Source: Vitrella brassicaformis CCMP3155
Lineage: Eukaryota > Protista > Chromerida
Assembly: GCA_001179505.1 (NCBI GenBank)
Contig: CDMY01000477.1
Coordinates: 298,602 to 362,601, forward strand
DNA length: 64,000 bases
Direction: 5' to 3'
The first letter of the stretch is position 1; each line of letters starts with the position of its first letter. This document shows positions 1 to 12,658 of the stretch, piece after piece. The position numbers were made by a program, and so were the translations under genes. The notes beneath the pieces are model-generated. The model had not been told where the DNA came from. It saw only the letters and a list, made by a program, of their open reading frames with translations, and made no database searches.

Positions 1-187
1 GTGATGCTTGCAAGAATATGTACACACACCTGTCCAACGTGGGCTCTCACTGTGCCATCGAGAAGCTAAGACTGAGGCCTTCCCCTCGACAGACAGGACG
101 ACGCCTCGTTCTTAGCCACCCGCTGGCTCAGCAACAACCACACGTCGGATCACTTCACTTGCTTGCCAGGCCTCAATATATTCGCTA

Positions 188-1985
188 CTACCCGAATTTC
201 TTGACGATCTGCAGCACGTCCTCGTCGTCCAACTTGTGACCTGTATACAGCATGACACGCACAGGTGACAGCACACGTGGTTAGCTATATCGTCAAGCCA
301 AGTGCCGCCTGCTTGTCTACCTAACCTGCCCTTCTGCGTACACACATGACCTACCCGTGCCGACTCTCTGTGGATTGTGTTTGGTCGACCGGCCCCACAC
401 GATGCCGTACTTGAGGTCCTTCATCAAATCCTACACACACACACACATTCATTCATGACGCGCCACGCCCGGGACACCACCACACACAGCCGCCCGCCTC
501 TCTCTCTCGGTGTGTGCGTGTGTGTGCGTGCCCACCGCACCCTGTGTATCATCTTGATGGCGTTCTCGACTGTCCCATCACCTGCAGAGGTGCAGGCGTC
601 ATCGATACATGCATTCACACACACAGGTAGGTAGGTCTTACCTACCTCGCTGTGGTGTCAGAACTATGGGCTCAGAAAAGTCAGGAAACTGACCTGCAGG
701 GCAGGGCAGGGCAGGGCATGCACACAACCAAAACTGCGCTGGCGTGCGGCTGGCTGAAGTTGATTGACGTGGTTTGTTTGCGGTGGGTGACTCCGACCGC
801 ACCTCTCTTTTTGGTGTACACCCTGACGAGCTCGAGGTCGTTCCAGAGGCACTCGAGCAGCGTGTCGAGGTTCCAATTCTTGTGGCATGACACAACCACT
901 GTGTGCGGCCTGGTGGACACACAGATGGGTGGGTGGACAAAGCCATGGACGGACGGACGGATGGATGGACGGATGGACGGATGGACGTGTGTCGCGTGGT
1001 GCGGTGGCGTGTACTTTCTGGCGAGTTCGTCGACTTGTTCGAGTGTGAGGCAGTCGATCTTGTTGTAGACGTACAGACACTTGACGTACTTGCGGTTGCC
1101 CTCTATCACGTCAATCAGGTCATCAGCCTTCACACACACACAACACACATGTCCAGTTCACCCCTGTCTGTCTGTCTGTCTGTCTGTCTGCGTGTGTGTG
1201 AGTGTGTGTGTGCGGGGTCTTTGCCGGCCGACCGTACCGTGGAGTCTTCGCGTATGACGACGTCACAGTTGAATATCTTGTACTCATGCAGCACCAGCTG
1301 CACCGTCTTGCTGTCAAGCTGACGGACACACACCAACACACATACACACGAGAGTGCCGTTGCAGTCATCGTGTCGATCGTACTCGTGTGAGCGGCACGA
1401 CGGCGTTGAAGTGAATCCCGCCGGTCTTCTTGGGACGAAAGTATATCTAAGTGGACACACATTAGCACGCACAGACACATGAGAGACCCTCGCCCCCTCT
1501 CCTCTCCCGTGCTGGTGTGATTCAATGCATCCATACGTTTGGCGGCCGCCTGTTCAGCCGAATGCCCACAGCCTCAAGCTCACTGACAGACCAGCAAACA
1601 CACACACACAGACCACACACACAACATACCGAACATACATATTCCATCCATCCATCCAGCCATCCTCCCTCACACACGCATACACGCACACACGTACGCC
1701 TCCAATCTCTGCCGCTGGCTGTCGTCCTTGGTCGCGTCGAGCACCATGAGCACCAGGTCGGCCGACTTGCCCACGGCAATGACCTGCCGGCCTCTCCCGC
1801 GCCCCTCTGCGGCGCCCTCGATGATACCCGGCAGGTCGAGCAGCTGGATCTTGGCACCGTTGTGGTAGATGACGCCCGGGATGCACGTGAGCGTCGTGAA
1901 CTCGTAGGCAGCCGCCTCGGACTCGGTGCCCGTCAGCCTGCTCAGCAAGGTACTCTTGCCCACCTGCACACGCACATGGGCCTCG

Positions 1986-2029
<44 letters not shown>

Positions 2030-2576
2030 TGTGTGTGTCTGTGTCTGTGTGTGTCTGTTTTTGTTTACCGATGGGAATCCGATGAGTGCGACCCGCGCGT
2101 CGCCATATCTGCCGACGTCGAAGCCCTCACCTTTGCCACCGCCCTTTGACGAAGGCTCCAGCAACTGCGACCTGCAACACACAAGCCAGGCGCACAGACC
2201 AACGAACAGACAGTGCAAGGGAGGGCGAGGGTGCGCGCACCTCAGCTTCGCCAGCTGGGCCTTGAGCCTTCCCAGATGCCCCTACACGCGCACACAACGT
2301 TGCATAGCAAGCAGGAAGATGAGAAAGATGGCTGGCTGCATCCGTGGCGCCGGCAGATCTATCTGGTGGGTGTGTTTGCGTCCGACACACACATCCCACT
2401 CCCCCACCTCGGTGGCTTTGTTCTTCTGCGTCCTCGCCATCTCGGCCTCTATCTCCTTGATCCTCTGGTGGCAGAGAGCACACCACGGACACACAAACGA
2501 TAGCCAGATGAACAGAAAGATGAATCAATGACTCAGGTTTGCCACTGCTGTAGATAGATACCTCCAGAATGCCCAT
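188..2576 (-). CDS. DRG2: Developmentally regulated GTP-binding protein (DRG2/Rbg2 type), multi-exon
   Basis: Spliced exons read MGILE|[19 protein letters not shown]...[22 protein letters not shown]|[29 protein letters not shown]...[26 protein letters not shown]...CLYVYNKID...[10 protein letters not shown]...[16 protein letters not shown]. These are the G1-G4 motifs and TGS tail of the DRG family. Confidence 0.95.
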
Positions 2577-2960
2577 CTTGCCAAAACAACAAAAGCACAC
2601 AGAAGCAGCAGCGGTTTCAGGGAGCACCCAGAAGCAGAGAGAGCGGTTTCCCCAGAAGCAGCAGCAGCAGCAGGGGTGAGTTTGCGAGCTCAGAGTGAGG
2701 GAGCGATCTCTCGCAGCATTCGGCGGAAAGGCCAAAGTTCCTTACCTAGGCATCGACTCAGAAGCGGTAGATCTCTCATTTCGATTGCCGATTTTCCACG
2801 CCGACTTCAGGCGCTGAAGTAAGATCAGGGAGGGTGAGAAGTTGAGCAGTGAAGCATCCATCCGTCCCAAAATGACATACATCATGACGCTGCTCCTTCT
2901 CTCTCTGTGTTTCTGTTGCCCGGCAGCATCAATCAATTGCCTCCTACCCGCAATTGATTA

Positions 2961-4200
2961 ATGGCATCCTCCTCGTGGCTGCTGGTGATTCTCGCCGTCT
3001 TGGCTCCCGTGATGATGGGCGCGGCTGGCCGGCACGGGTAGGGTACCGTCACGATAGACGCGTACATGCGCAGACAGACAGACATGCGAACGCACCGCAG
3101 ACGCTGCCCATATGTGTGTGGTGTGGTGTTGCTTGGTGTTGCGTTGTGTGTGTTTTGGTTTGTGACATTCAGTGGGCCTGATCCGTCGCCTGTTCCGGCC
3201 GAGCCGGCCTTCGCATGGTCGCTAGTCTTCGCACAGGTGACGAACGAACGAACGAGGCAGCTGTCTGTACACACACAGACAGACAGACGCACAGCGTGGT
3301 GGGCCTCTTCTGTATATCGCGATGTGCCGCATTATTTGCTGCATTCGTTTGGCAGGAGTTCTATGAGGAGTTCATCTACGGGCCGTTCGTGCAGACCACG
3401 GTAAGTGCAAGTGCGCATGATTGATGCACTGCACTGCACTTGTCACTGGGCTACGCTACGCTACGTCTGTCTGTCTGTCTATCTATCTGTCCATCTCTCT
3501 CTGTGCGTGCGGCTGCTTCTGTCAGACGGGCGTGTACACCTACGGTAGGTATAACGCACAGACAGAGACTCACACAGAGGGGACCACATGGGTGGACCAT
3601 ACCTGTGTGTGTGTGTCCTGTGTGTGTGTGTGTCTGCAGACTGGCATTCCCGCCGATATCGCGTCGATCGGGCCAATGGCAGATTTGACCGATACTGCGG
3701 TGGGCGCACAGACAGACAGACAGACAGATGGATGGATGGATGGATTGACACCCACACCGTGTGTGTATGTGTTGCGTACCTGGCGGCCTTGCGCAGGTCC
3801 CAACGGCCACAAGATCTTCGAAGACACCCCATGCTCGCAGCTGGTGGTACGCACCTGAGCAACCGGCCATATGTGTGTCGTGCAGCCGATGGATGGCTGG
3901 CTGGATGGATGGATTCGTTCAGGTGAACGGGACGCGGTACATGCTGTACACTGACAAGCGCGAGTGCTGCATGTGCTGCGACGACCAACACGGCTGCGGC
4001 ATCCTCAAACCCACCTGGGCCGAACAAGCCAAATACGTACGGACGCGCGTAGCTACTACGCAGACCCACCCCTACACGTACGTCGTGTGTGTGTGTGTGT
4101 GTGTGTGCAGGCGGGAGAGGCCCCCTATGTGCTGAGAAACGGTATGCACACACACACACACACACACACGCACCTGTGGACATATATATATATTGTGGAC

Positions 4201-4244
<44 letters not shown>

Positions 4245-4703
4245 CTGTGTGCCTGGGTCCATGGCATAGGTACGACCATCCAGGCCCACTCGTGGGTGGT
4301 CAAGGGCAACCAGGACAACGTCGTGTACGAGGCCCTCGACGGCACACTCCTCGAAATCTTCCAAAAGCCAAACGACAGACAGGTAGCTGAGCTGAGCTGC
4401 ATGCGCTGTCACACAAATGGATGGGTGGATGGATGGATGGATGTCATGTGTGTGGGTGAATCGGTGCAGGTGTTCGACCCCTCTTCACTGACGCACAAGC
4501 TGGACAAGTCGGTGTTGGAGCTGCCCGACTGGTGCGACCCCACCAAGCCGTGCGACACCTTGAGCACCTGCACGGCCGTCCAGCACGCGCCGATCTTCTC
4601 TCTGATGGACTTCATCTGGCCGCACAAACAGCAGCAGCACACCAGCCCCAGCAGCCCCAGCAGCAGCTGCGCAAGCAAGAACAGGCCATCTTTGCCTAGC
4701 TGA
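2961..4703 (+). CDS. Secreted cysteine-rich protein with CCxCC motif (ependymin-related-like, protist family)
   Basis: Signal peptide MASSSWLLVILAVLAPVMMGAA. Exons DWHSRRYRVDRANGRFDRYC, TPCSQLV, GTRYMLYTDKRECCMCCDDQHGCGILKPTW, WVVKGNQDN, and C-terminal LELPDWCDPTKPC. The family label is from remembered motif similarity. Confidence 0.7.
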
Positions 4704-5241
4704 GTTGAGAGAGAGACACAGAGAGACCAGACAGGCAGGCAGACAGACAGACAGGCACACAGCACACAGGCGTCAAGCGTCCCGCGGTGTTTTTGGTTTT
4801 GGTGACATTGGTTTCTTCCGTCCGTCATGATTCTCTCGTGTGTGTATGTCAGCAGTAGTTGTGTCTGTCTGGTGTGTTTGGTGTGTGAGAGTGCGCGTGA
4901 GGCTGTGAATGCCAACAAACATGGCTGCCTGCCCTGTATGCCTTCTTATATATTTGTGTGGCTTGGTGCTTTTGTCCGTGTGTGGTGTGTGGTGGCTGTC
5001 TGCCCGTCTGGGTGTGTGTCTGCCTGTGTGTGGTGCTGTGGGTCTTTTTCCGTCCATCCATCCGTCAGTGTGTGGAGCTTTCCCGCCCACCCTCCCGCCC
5101 ACAATCGATGCTGCCCAAGACCTACCTGAGACGCACTTTCTCTGGCTGCTAAGACATGCATTCAATCGTGACACCGTTAATTAATTCAACAACTATGTCT
5201 TCCAAGTGCACTGATAGATGTGTATCAACACACTACTCAAG

Positions 5242-7360
5242 CTAAAGGCTCTGCGGGGGAATGAGTCCATGCATGTGCAGCTGCACCGTCAGCTGTCTAC
5301 TGACGTGGCCGTCGGCCAGCACCACCTCGCTGCCCATGACGCGCTCGCACTCACACGAGCTGCGGCACTGGTCGTTGGGCACCGGCAGCGCCATCAGCTC
5401 CTGGATGTCAGCCGGATACTCGAGATCCATCGCGTCGAGCTCGGCTCTGCACATCACATGGACACACTGACTGAGTGGCGTCTTTGGTATGTGTGTATGT
5501 GTGTGGCATACATACTGACATGATGCCTCTGAGTTGGCCTTCAGTGATGCTGAAGTAGTGCGCCAAGGGGACCCGCAGGTAGGTCGTCTCGGAGGTGTCG
5601 CAGCTGCCTCCGTCCGTCAGATACTCGAGCAGCTGAATGAATGACACACACATACAGAGAAAACATACAGAAAGGTAAAATAAGTGGACCGTCTGTGTGT
5701 GCCTTCGTATCGTACGTTGTGTCGAAAGAGGTCGGTGAACCGGAGAGCCTCTTCGATGAGTTCCTCGCCAATGACCTCGGCAGCGCACCCTCTCTGAGCC
5801 ACAATCAATCAATCAGCCACAATGAGCTCACATATGCTATGCGCTGAGGGCCAGCCAGCCAAGATGAAGCCACTCACCCACCTCGGTGGCTTTGTCGACA
5901 CACGACTGTCGCACACCGCTGGAGATGTGGTCATTGTTGATGTGATAAACGATAGTCTCCCGCCACCGAGACCGAAACAATACCTACACACGGACAGACA
6001 GACAGACATACCTGCAGCCAGGTTCCATCCCTCCTCACCTTTGCTGGGTCGTTGTGCAGTAGGGAAGAAAACGCGCAATCGACGCCACGGTCGAAGATGC
6101 CGATGGCCGCCTGCTGGCCGAACAGCTTCTCACACGCGCGGAAGACGGCGTCGCGGCAAACCACCATCGGATGCGGCATCACGTACCAAAAGCATCTCCG
6201 GGGGATGTTTTGGGTGATATGCTTGGTACTGGTGGCAAATTTCTGAAACCATCGACACACACGCAGTCTCCCTCCTCAGCCCGGCACCTTGCGACATACC
6301 ATCCAAAATAGGACGTCCCAAGGTCCTGTTGTGGTAAGGAAGATGAAGTCAGGAATCACCCTCGCACCATGCCGAGAGTTGCCGAGCTCCAGCATGTCGT
6401 CGACGACCTTTTTGAGCAGCAGCTGGCAGTTGAAGATAATGCCCATCTTTGACTCTTCGGAGAGAGGCGGTGCCGAGACATTGCCGATTCCCAGGGCTAT
6501 GTTGCCCTTGAACGCGGCGATGCAGGTCACCATGTTGTTGATTCCTGGGTCGACCATGGAGAAGGGCGCAACACGGAAGGTCAGATAGCTGCGGAAGGGA
6601 CCACCAAGGCGTCACATCCAAAAGACCACACCCCACACGTCATTCATACATGCATCAAACAAGACAGCGGCGCTCATACGTATTCTTCTTTCTTTGCTTA
6701 CTGTACCTGACCGCTTTTTGTGGATCACCTTGCCCCGCCGCGCCGGCCACGGGAGTGCGCCTTCGTGAAGGTTTGCTGGCGCTGTGAAGCTCAAGCCTCA
6801 TGTGGCGATATGAAGACAGCGCGGCGCACCCACTTTCGACAGTCATGCGAACGATCTTGCCCGGCTGGGCGGCTAGCGGCTCCACGATCTGGTCCATGCC
6901 GTTCTGACGCACCTCCTCGAAGATCTCAGCCTCCTGCGCGCGCACACACTCACGGGCATAAGAGTATCTAGAGGCTGCCATCAAGTAGACCTGACCCTGG
7001 CCCGCTGGATGAGGAGGTAGTGGTCCTCCGGCATGTAGCCCATGGCGTACTTGATGACCTTGGCGTTGTGATAGAGCTCACCAGCTGACTCGTAGAGGCG
7101 ACCGAGGTACCGGCACTCAGACCTGTCACAGAAACAAAAGAAAGTGCACACAGCACGATGAAAATGCATCCGTCGTGGTGCATACTTAGCTGACTGACTC
7201 ACTTATGCTTCTCCTTCCAATGACTCCTCTGGCACTCCTTGCCACAGTATTGCAAAACTTTGCATTGCGTGCAGCTGCCGAGTGACGCGTCGTTTTTGCC
7301 GCACCTGGCGCAACGGTCTGCCGGGATCCGGCCGCCAGCTGCGCGGACTCTCAGCTCCTA
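5242..7360 (-). CDS. MYND zinc-finger protein with long uncharacterised C-terminal region; 5' end unresolved
   Basis: Exon ~7205-7357 reads ...IPADRCARCGKNDASLGSCTQCKVLQYCGKECQRSHWKEKHK (canonical MYND CxxC..CxxC..YC.xxCQxxHWxxH). GT-AG-linked exons continue SECRYLGRLYE..., EAEIFEEVRQ..., YLTFRVAPFSMVDPG..., KFATSTK...PMVVCRDAV..., and end ...LHMHGLIPPQSL*. Confidence 0.75.
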
Positions 7361-7564
7361 CGACTGGCCGGATGTGAATGGCAGCGACTGCATGGGATGC
7401 CGAGTCACTAAAACTGGCGATCAACGCAAGGATCTTGGCCGCGGATGCTCAAGGGAAGCCTCAGGCAGGTGCTTCGGTCCTCTTTATCCTCTTTCTCCTC
7501 TCCCAGCAAGCTCGCAGTTCTCTCCCTAAGACATTTCGTGAAACTGCTCGTCGCTCTGAGGTGA

Positions 7565-9864
7565 ATGACGGATGGTGGCGAAGGAGCAAGTGCCGGAGCA
7601 AAGGAAGTCGATTCGATGAGTCACAACAGCAGTGAGGGGCGCCTGCCGCTCTACATCCACAGTGGAGCATGCAACGTAGGCAGCCACACGAGGAGAGATG
7701 GGCGCTGTCAGGTGTGTACGCTTCGGTCTCTCTCTCTCTCTGTGTGTGTGTATGTGTGTGTGTGGTTGGTGCATGGCTGCAGTATCGTCACGATTTGGTG
7801 GAGCGGTGCTTCAGCAAGAGGGCGTCGCAGATGCTGAGAGCCCCGCCTGACATGAGGCCATCGGACCCTGATGTGAAGCTGCAATGGGCCGAATACGAAT
7901 GTGCGTGTGCGCACAAGAACACGGGCAACCATATCATGTATGTGGGTGTTTTTCTGAACGTGTGTGCGGATGGATGGATGGATGTGTGCAGTGATCTGTT
8001 GGGAGCGTGTGTTGAAGGGGGAGCTCGTGTGCAACGCCTACCCCCTGCGCAAGAACCTCATCCGCAAGGCAAACCTCGCAAGATGCCTCAACAAATACAT
8101 CAGCAAGACCCCCAAGAGCCCGTTGGCTCGGTAGCCCCCCCCCCCCCCCCCCCNNNNNNNNNNNNNNNNNNNNNNNNNNNNNNNNNNNNNNNNNNNNNNN
8201 NNNNNNNNNNNNNNNNNNNNNNNNNNNNNNNNNNNNNNNNNNNNNNNNNNNNNNNNNNNNNNNNNNNNNNNNNNNNNNNNNNNNNNNNNNNNNNNNNNNN
8301 NNNNNNNNNNNNNNNNNNNNNNNNNNNNNNNNNNNNNNNNNNNNNNNNNNNNNNNNNNNNNNNNNNNNNNNNNNNNNNNNNNNNNNNNNNNNNNNNNNNN
8401 NNNNNNNNNNNNNNNNNNNNNNNNNNNNNNNNNNNNNNNNNNNNNNNNNNNNNCCCCCCCCCCCCCCCCCCAAACACACACACACACACGTGTCCCTTCA
8501 TATATCAACAACTTGTGTGTGTATCGTATCATCTTTCTGTTCGTCTTGTCTCCTGTGCAGTGCTGTGCCTGAGTCGGTGATCATTTCGATGGATGATGAC
8601 CCGTCACTGCTGCACTGGTCGCTGGCCGACGCGCGTGATGCCATGGAAAGGCCATTCGCAGCCGAGGGGGGCATGTTTGCGGCGAACCGGTGGATCCTGA
8701 AGCCATCCATGCTCGACAGGGCCGAGGAGGTGCGCACCGCACACGGCGTGGTGTGGTCAATATATGTGTGTGTTGTCTCGCGTTCGGTCAGCTGACGATT
8801 CTCTCGTCGTATGACGAGTTGACCGACATCGTCCAGGCGAACCCAGAGATACAAGAATGGGTCCTGCAGCGGTGAGTGTGTGTATTGTGCGCGCCAAAAC
8901 ACACACACGCACTGACTGATGATCCAGACATACCATGTGTGTCCCTTTTTTACACACAGGTATCTGGATCACCCTTTGCTGATCCAGCACGGCCGTAAGT
9001 TCCATCTTCGCGCGTATGTGGTGGCCGTCGGCAGCCTGCACGTGTGGGTTCTGGACGAGCTGCTGGCACACGTGGCCGCCAGACCTTACCCAATGCACGA
9101 CCTCACACAATTGGGGCTCCTCGGTCAGTCACAAACACACACACACACGGAGAGAGAGAGAGATGGATGAATAGATGGATGGATGTGCATTGGGGTGGCT
9201 GTCAGGGCACATAACGAATTTGGCATACGGCGAGCGAGACCCACTCGGGTATGACGTCACGAGGCACATGCGGCCCTTCTTCGACGACTGCATGAGGCAC
9301 AAAGAGATCCGCCCAGAGGCAGCTCAAGCCGTATTTGACCGGTACATATCTTTCCCTCTCTGGCGCACACACGCCACATGGATGGATGGATGGATGAATG
9401 GATGGATGGATGAATGGCAGGATCAAGGCTCTCGTCGCCGAGACCTTTCGCGCCGTCCGTGGCGAGTTCCTGGGCTTCACGGCCCTCCCCAACTGCTTCG
9501 AGCTCTTCGCATTCGACTTCCTCGTCGACACACAGCACCAGCCATACCTACTGGGTGGGTACTCACACACACACAACACACACATGTACGGGAGCTGATG
9601 TCCGTCTGTGTCATCCACCTATCTATCTGTGTGTGGTGTGCAGAGGTGAATGCCTGGCCGGATGTGACAGTGACGGGCCCGCATGTGCGTGGGATGGTTG
9701 CCGACCTCACCGAGGGAATCTTCCGTGTGGCCGTCGACCGGCTGCTTGGCGGCGGCGGCATCAGTCTTGGTGAGGGTTGCGTGGTGGGGAAGCTGCACTG
9801 CGTGCTGAGTGACAGCGGGCCGCAATGGGGGGCGCCGAACATGGCATTTGTCGATACCGACTGA
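7565..9864 (+). CDS. Tubulin-tyrosine ligase family ATP-grasp protein (Pby1-like); start uncertain, N-gap in an intron
   Basis: Exons KLQWAEYE, WERVLKGELVCNAYPLRKNLIRKANL, WILKPS, EWVLQR|YLDHPLL...RKFHLRAYV, HITN, NCFELFAFDFLVD, LL|EVNAWPD are the TTL signature motifs. Confidence 0.9.
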
Positions 9865-10054
9865 CGATTGAATGCCAGATGTCTGTCGAGTACACTCACT
9901 GACGCTACAGCAGCGGTGTTGAAATGTCAACACGTCAGCACGACAAGCACACACACTCTCGCACATTCATGCAGCCAACAGATATCTCTCTCTGATCTCT
10001 CGTCACAGTCAGTCATCACGCGCATCGCACGTGCCCACAGGCCACCAGAGGCAA

Positions 10055-10548
10055 TCACTTCTTGATCTCTCTGTGCAGCGTGTGTTTCTTCATGAACTTG
10101 TTGTACTTCATCAGCTCCAGCCTGTCGGGCGTGTTGCGCTTGTTCTTCTCCATGGTGTAACGAGAAGGGGGCACCCCCGCCTGCTTGGCCTCTGGAATAC
10201 ACACATCATCACACCCAGCACACCACACCACGCCACGCCATATGAGATCTCATCTCATCTCATCTCTCAGTTCGCACCGTCCTCACACGGCCACCCACCA
10301 GTGCATTCAATCGTGATGTACACTCTCGCGCCTTTCTTCTTCATGGCGAGGTCCATTCTTCGCTGCTGCTGGTGATGGTGGTGGTGCTGCTGCTGCAGAT
10401 GGGGATCTGCCCGCCTGACACGTGCCGTGAAGCTGCTGCTGCCGCTGCCGACAGAGAGGGGGGGTTGGAAAGCTGATGTTGACGCATCGCTGGCAGATGC
10501 GGCCACAGCCAGTGATGATAAAGCACACAGAATGGACGGCACCTTCAT
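10055..10548 (-). CDS. rpl33: Nucleus-encoded plastid ribosomal protein bL33 with bipartite targeting leader (2 exons)
   Basis: [32 protein letters not shown]... leader, then [14 protein letters not shown]|[45 protein letters not shown]. Intron 10192-10298. Confidence 0.92.
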
Positions 10549-11309
10549 CTCCTCGCTCCTCCCAGGTTGCGAGCTATTTGAAAAAAGCTCGCACCTTGGG
10601 GCACAAGAAGTTTCTCGTGTTTGCCATCTCTGCATTCCATACTGCCCCGCGATTCCACCGTAGGGGCCCTTTCAGTGCAGTGCCCGCACGTTTGCTCCGC
10701 TATAATTGCCTTGTACAGAATGAGGGGCGTTTCGAATCGCCTCTGTGAATCGTGGAATGAGAACGACTGGTGGGACGGCGGCACTGCAAAATTCAACAAG
10801 AGCAGTGCCGAGATGAGCAACGGTGAGTTTTCTGGAGAGGAACCAACAAGGCAACAGAGTGTGCATGCTCTTCTATATCTGCAGTGCGTGAGGTGTCTGC
10901 CGAGGGCCCGCCGCACACACGTGCGAAAGCTGCCGCCGCCGAAAGCGGTGGCAAGGGGGCCAGGGAGAGGAAACACAGCGAGGTGACGGCCACCGCCAGC
11001 AAAATCGGTTGGATCATATAGAGGCGAGAGACCCCTAGCTAGCGGGAGGACTGCGGACTGGTTGGCCTTATCTTGTCTGCAGCTAATGTCAACGTCACAT
11101 CAAAGCACCCATCGCATGCCAGCCGTCCCAACAACGAGTAAGCTCACAGCAATGAATCCACAGAAGCATTCATTCATCAATTCTCGTATTGTCTGGTCCT
11201 CAGTCTGTCTCCGAAGCGCCATGCTGTGGCCACCAAGGCCTCCCCCCGCCCCTCTCTCCCCAAACCCCGCCCCTCGGCCCCCTCCTCCCACCACGACGAC
11301 GGCCAGAGA

Positions 11310-11540
11310 ATGGCTACTGTGCTGCAGCCTGTCTATGGTGGTCGGAGTGGGGCGATCCCGGAGAGGGGCATCATGCGCAAGGACAACGTGGTGAAGAACA
11401 TTCGTGAGAAGAACGATCGTTCAAGAGGTGATAGGAGAGCTCGCGACATAGATTTGTCATTGGCACCAATGCATGTCGGTCTCATATGTGTCTGCAGGCC
11501 AGAGTGCGTTGGCCGCACCGGTCCCTGCTGGGGAGGATAG
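11310..11540 (+). pseudogene. Degenerate copy of small ORF MATVLQPVYGGRSGAIPERGIMRKDNV... (paralog of 51880-52149)
   Basis: Direct peptide similarity to the minus-strand ORF at 51880-52149, but it lacks the RDH motif spacing and the C-terminal WKMPRF segment. Confidence 0.5.
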
Positions 11541-11753
11541 TGGGAGCAAGAAGACGACGGAGACGCACAATGCCGAGACGAACATCGGTGAGTGGAGAGC
11601 TCGCGACATAGATTTGTCATTGGCATGAATGCATGTCGTTCTCATATGTGTCTGCAGGCCAGAGTGCGTTGGCCGCACCGGTCCCTGCTGGGGAGGATAG
11701 TGGGAGCAAGAAGACGACGGAGACGCACAATGCCGAGACGAACATCGGTGAGT
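11434..11753. repeat. Tandem duplication, 2 x 160 bp
   Basis: Unit GGAGAGCTCGCGACATAGATTTGTCATTGGC...GCCGAGACGAACATCGGTGAGT starts at 11434 and again at 11594 and is nearly identical. Confidence 0.95.
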
Positions 11754-12658
11754 TAGTTAGTTCTGGAGAGGAACCAACAAGGCAACGGAGTGTGCATGCT
11801 CCTCTATTTGTGCAGTGCGTGAGGTGTCTTCGCACACACGTGTGAAAGCTGCTGCCCTCGGTCCGTGTTCAGGGCCCGAGTTACTCGAGGGCTCCATGTA
11901 TCATTGTTCTTGACTATCGCTGCCTACATTTTATATTTGGCAGCAGCTTGACGTTTTTGATCGCAATGAGCAGCCCCTGCGCTTTCTGCACTGACTGTGA
12001 CTGTCAGTGTGCTTTCATCGACTGTCTGTGACTGTCAGGGTTGAATTGATGGATGGATGGATGGATGGTGCGTCATTGATTCATTCATTAAACGCTCAGT
12101 TGTTTGGGGTGGCTGGGCTGCATGGCATGTGTCGACTGTTTGACGTGACGAGTCGGTTGTGCAACAGCCAGCCGGGCCCATTCATCCTTTGTACGCACCA
12201 CTGTCTTGATCATTCCCTCGTGGCACACACACAGACCACCAAGTGCCAGCCACTCACGATTGATTAGACACACACACGGGGAAAAACTGCCTGCAGGCCA
12301 CGTGTTGCGTAGCACAATAGAGGCAGAGAGAGAGAGAGAGAATTCTGCTTAGGTGCAGGATCACCGTAAGTAGCCATAAACTGAACGGACCATTACACAC
12401 ACACACACAACTACTAAGTGTGCAGTACGCAACACCCCCAATCCAATCGAATTATCTAGCGCACACACAGGAGACCCACGTGCAGCACACAAGTGACGTG
12501 ACATGACACACTTTGTGTGTGTGCGACAAACACAAGTGGACAGACAGACAGGCCACAGGGCCAGTCGAGAAACAGATACACATAAATAAGGATATGGAGA
12601 GGCAGGTACACCCAGACAGACAGACACAGCGGCCCTACTCGTTTATCTGTGGTATCAA

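Larger units (their letters stand above)
10800..11850 (+). repeat. Dispersed duplicated block; inverted paralog of ~52040-52810
   Basis: Long shared strings such as GCCGAGATGAGCAACGGTGAGT, TATATCTGCAGTGC.TGAGGTGTCTGCCGAGGG, GCCATGCTGTGGCCACCAAGGCCTCCCCCCGCCCCTCTCTC and GATTTGTCAT...ATGCATGTCG occur here and as reverse complements at 52.0-52.8 kb. Confidence 0.9.

Noticed and set aside
8154-8453. N-gap and long X-containing ORFs
   Set aside because: Assembly gap within a TTL intron, flanked by poly-C. The ORFs are artefacts.
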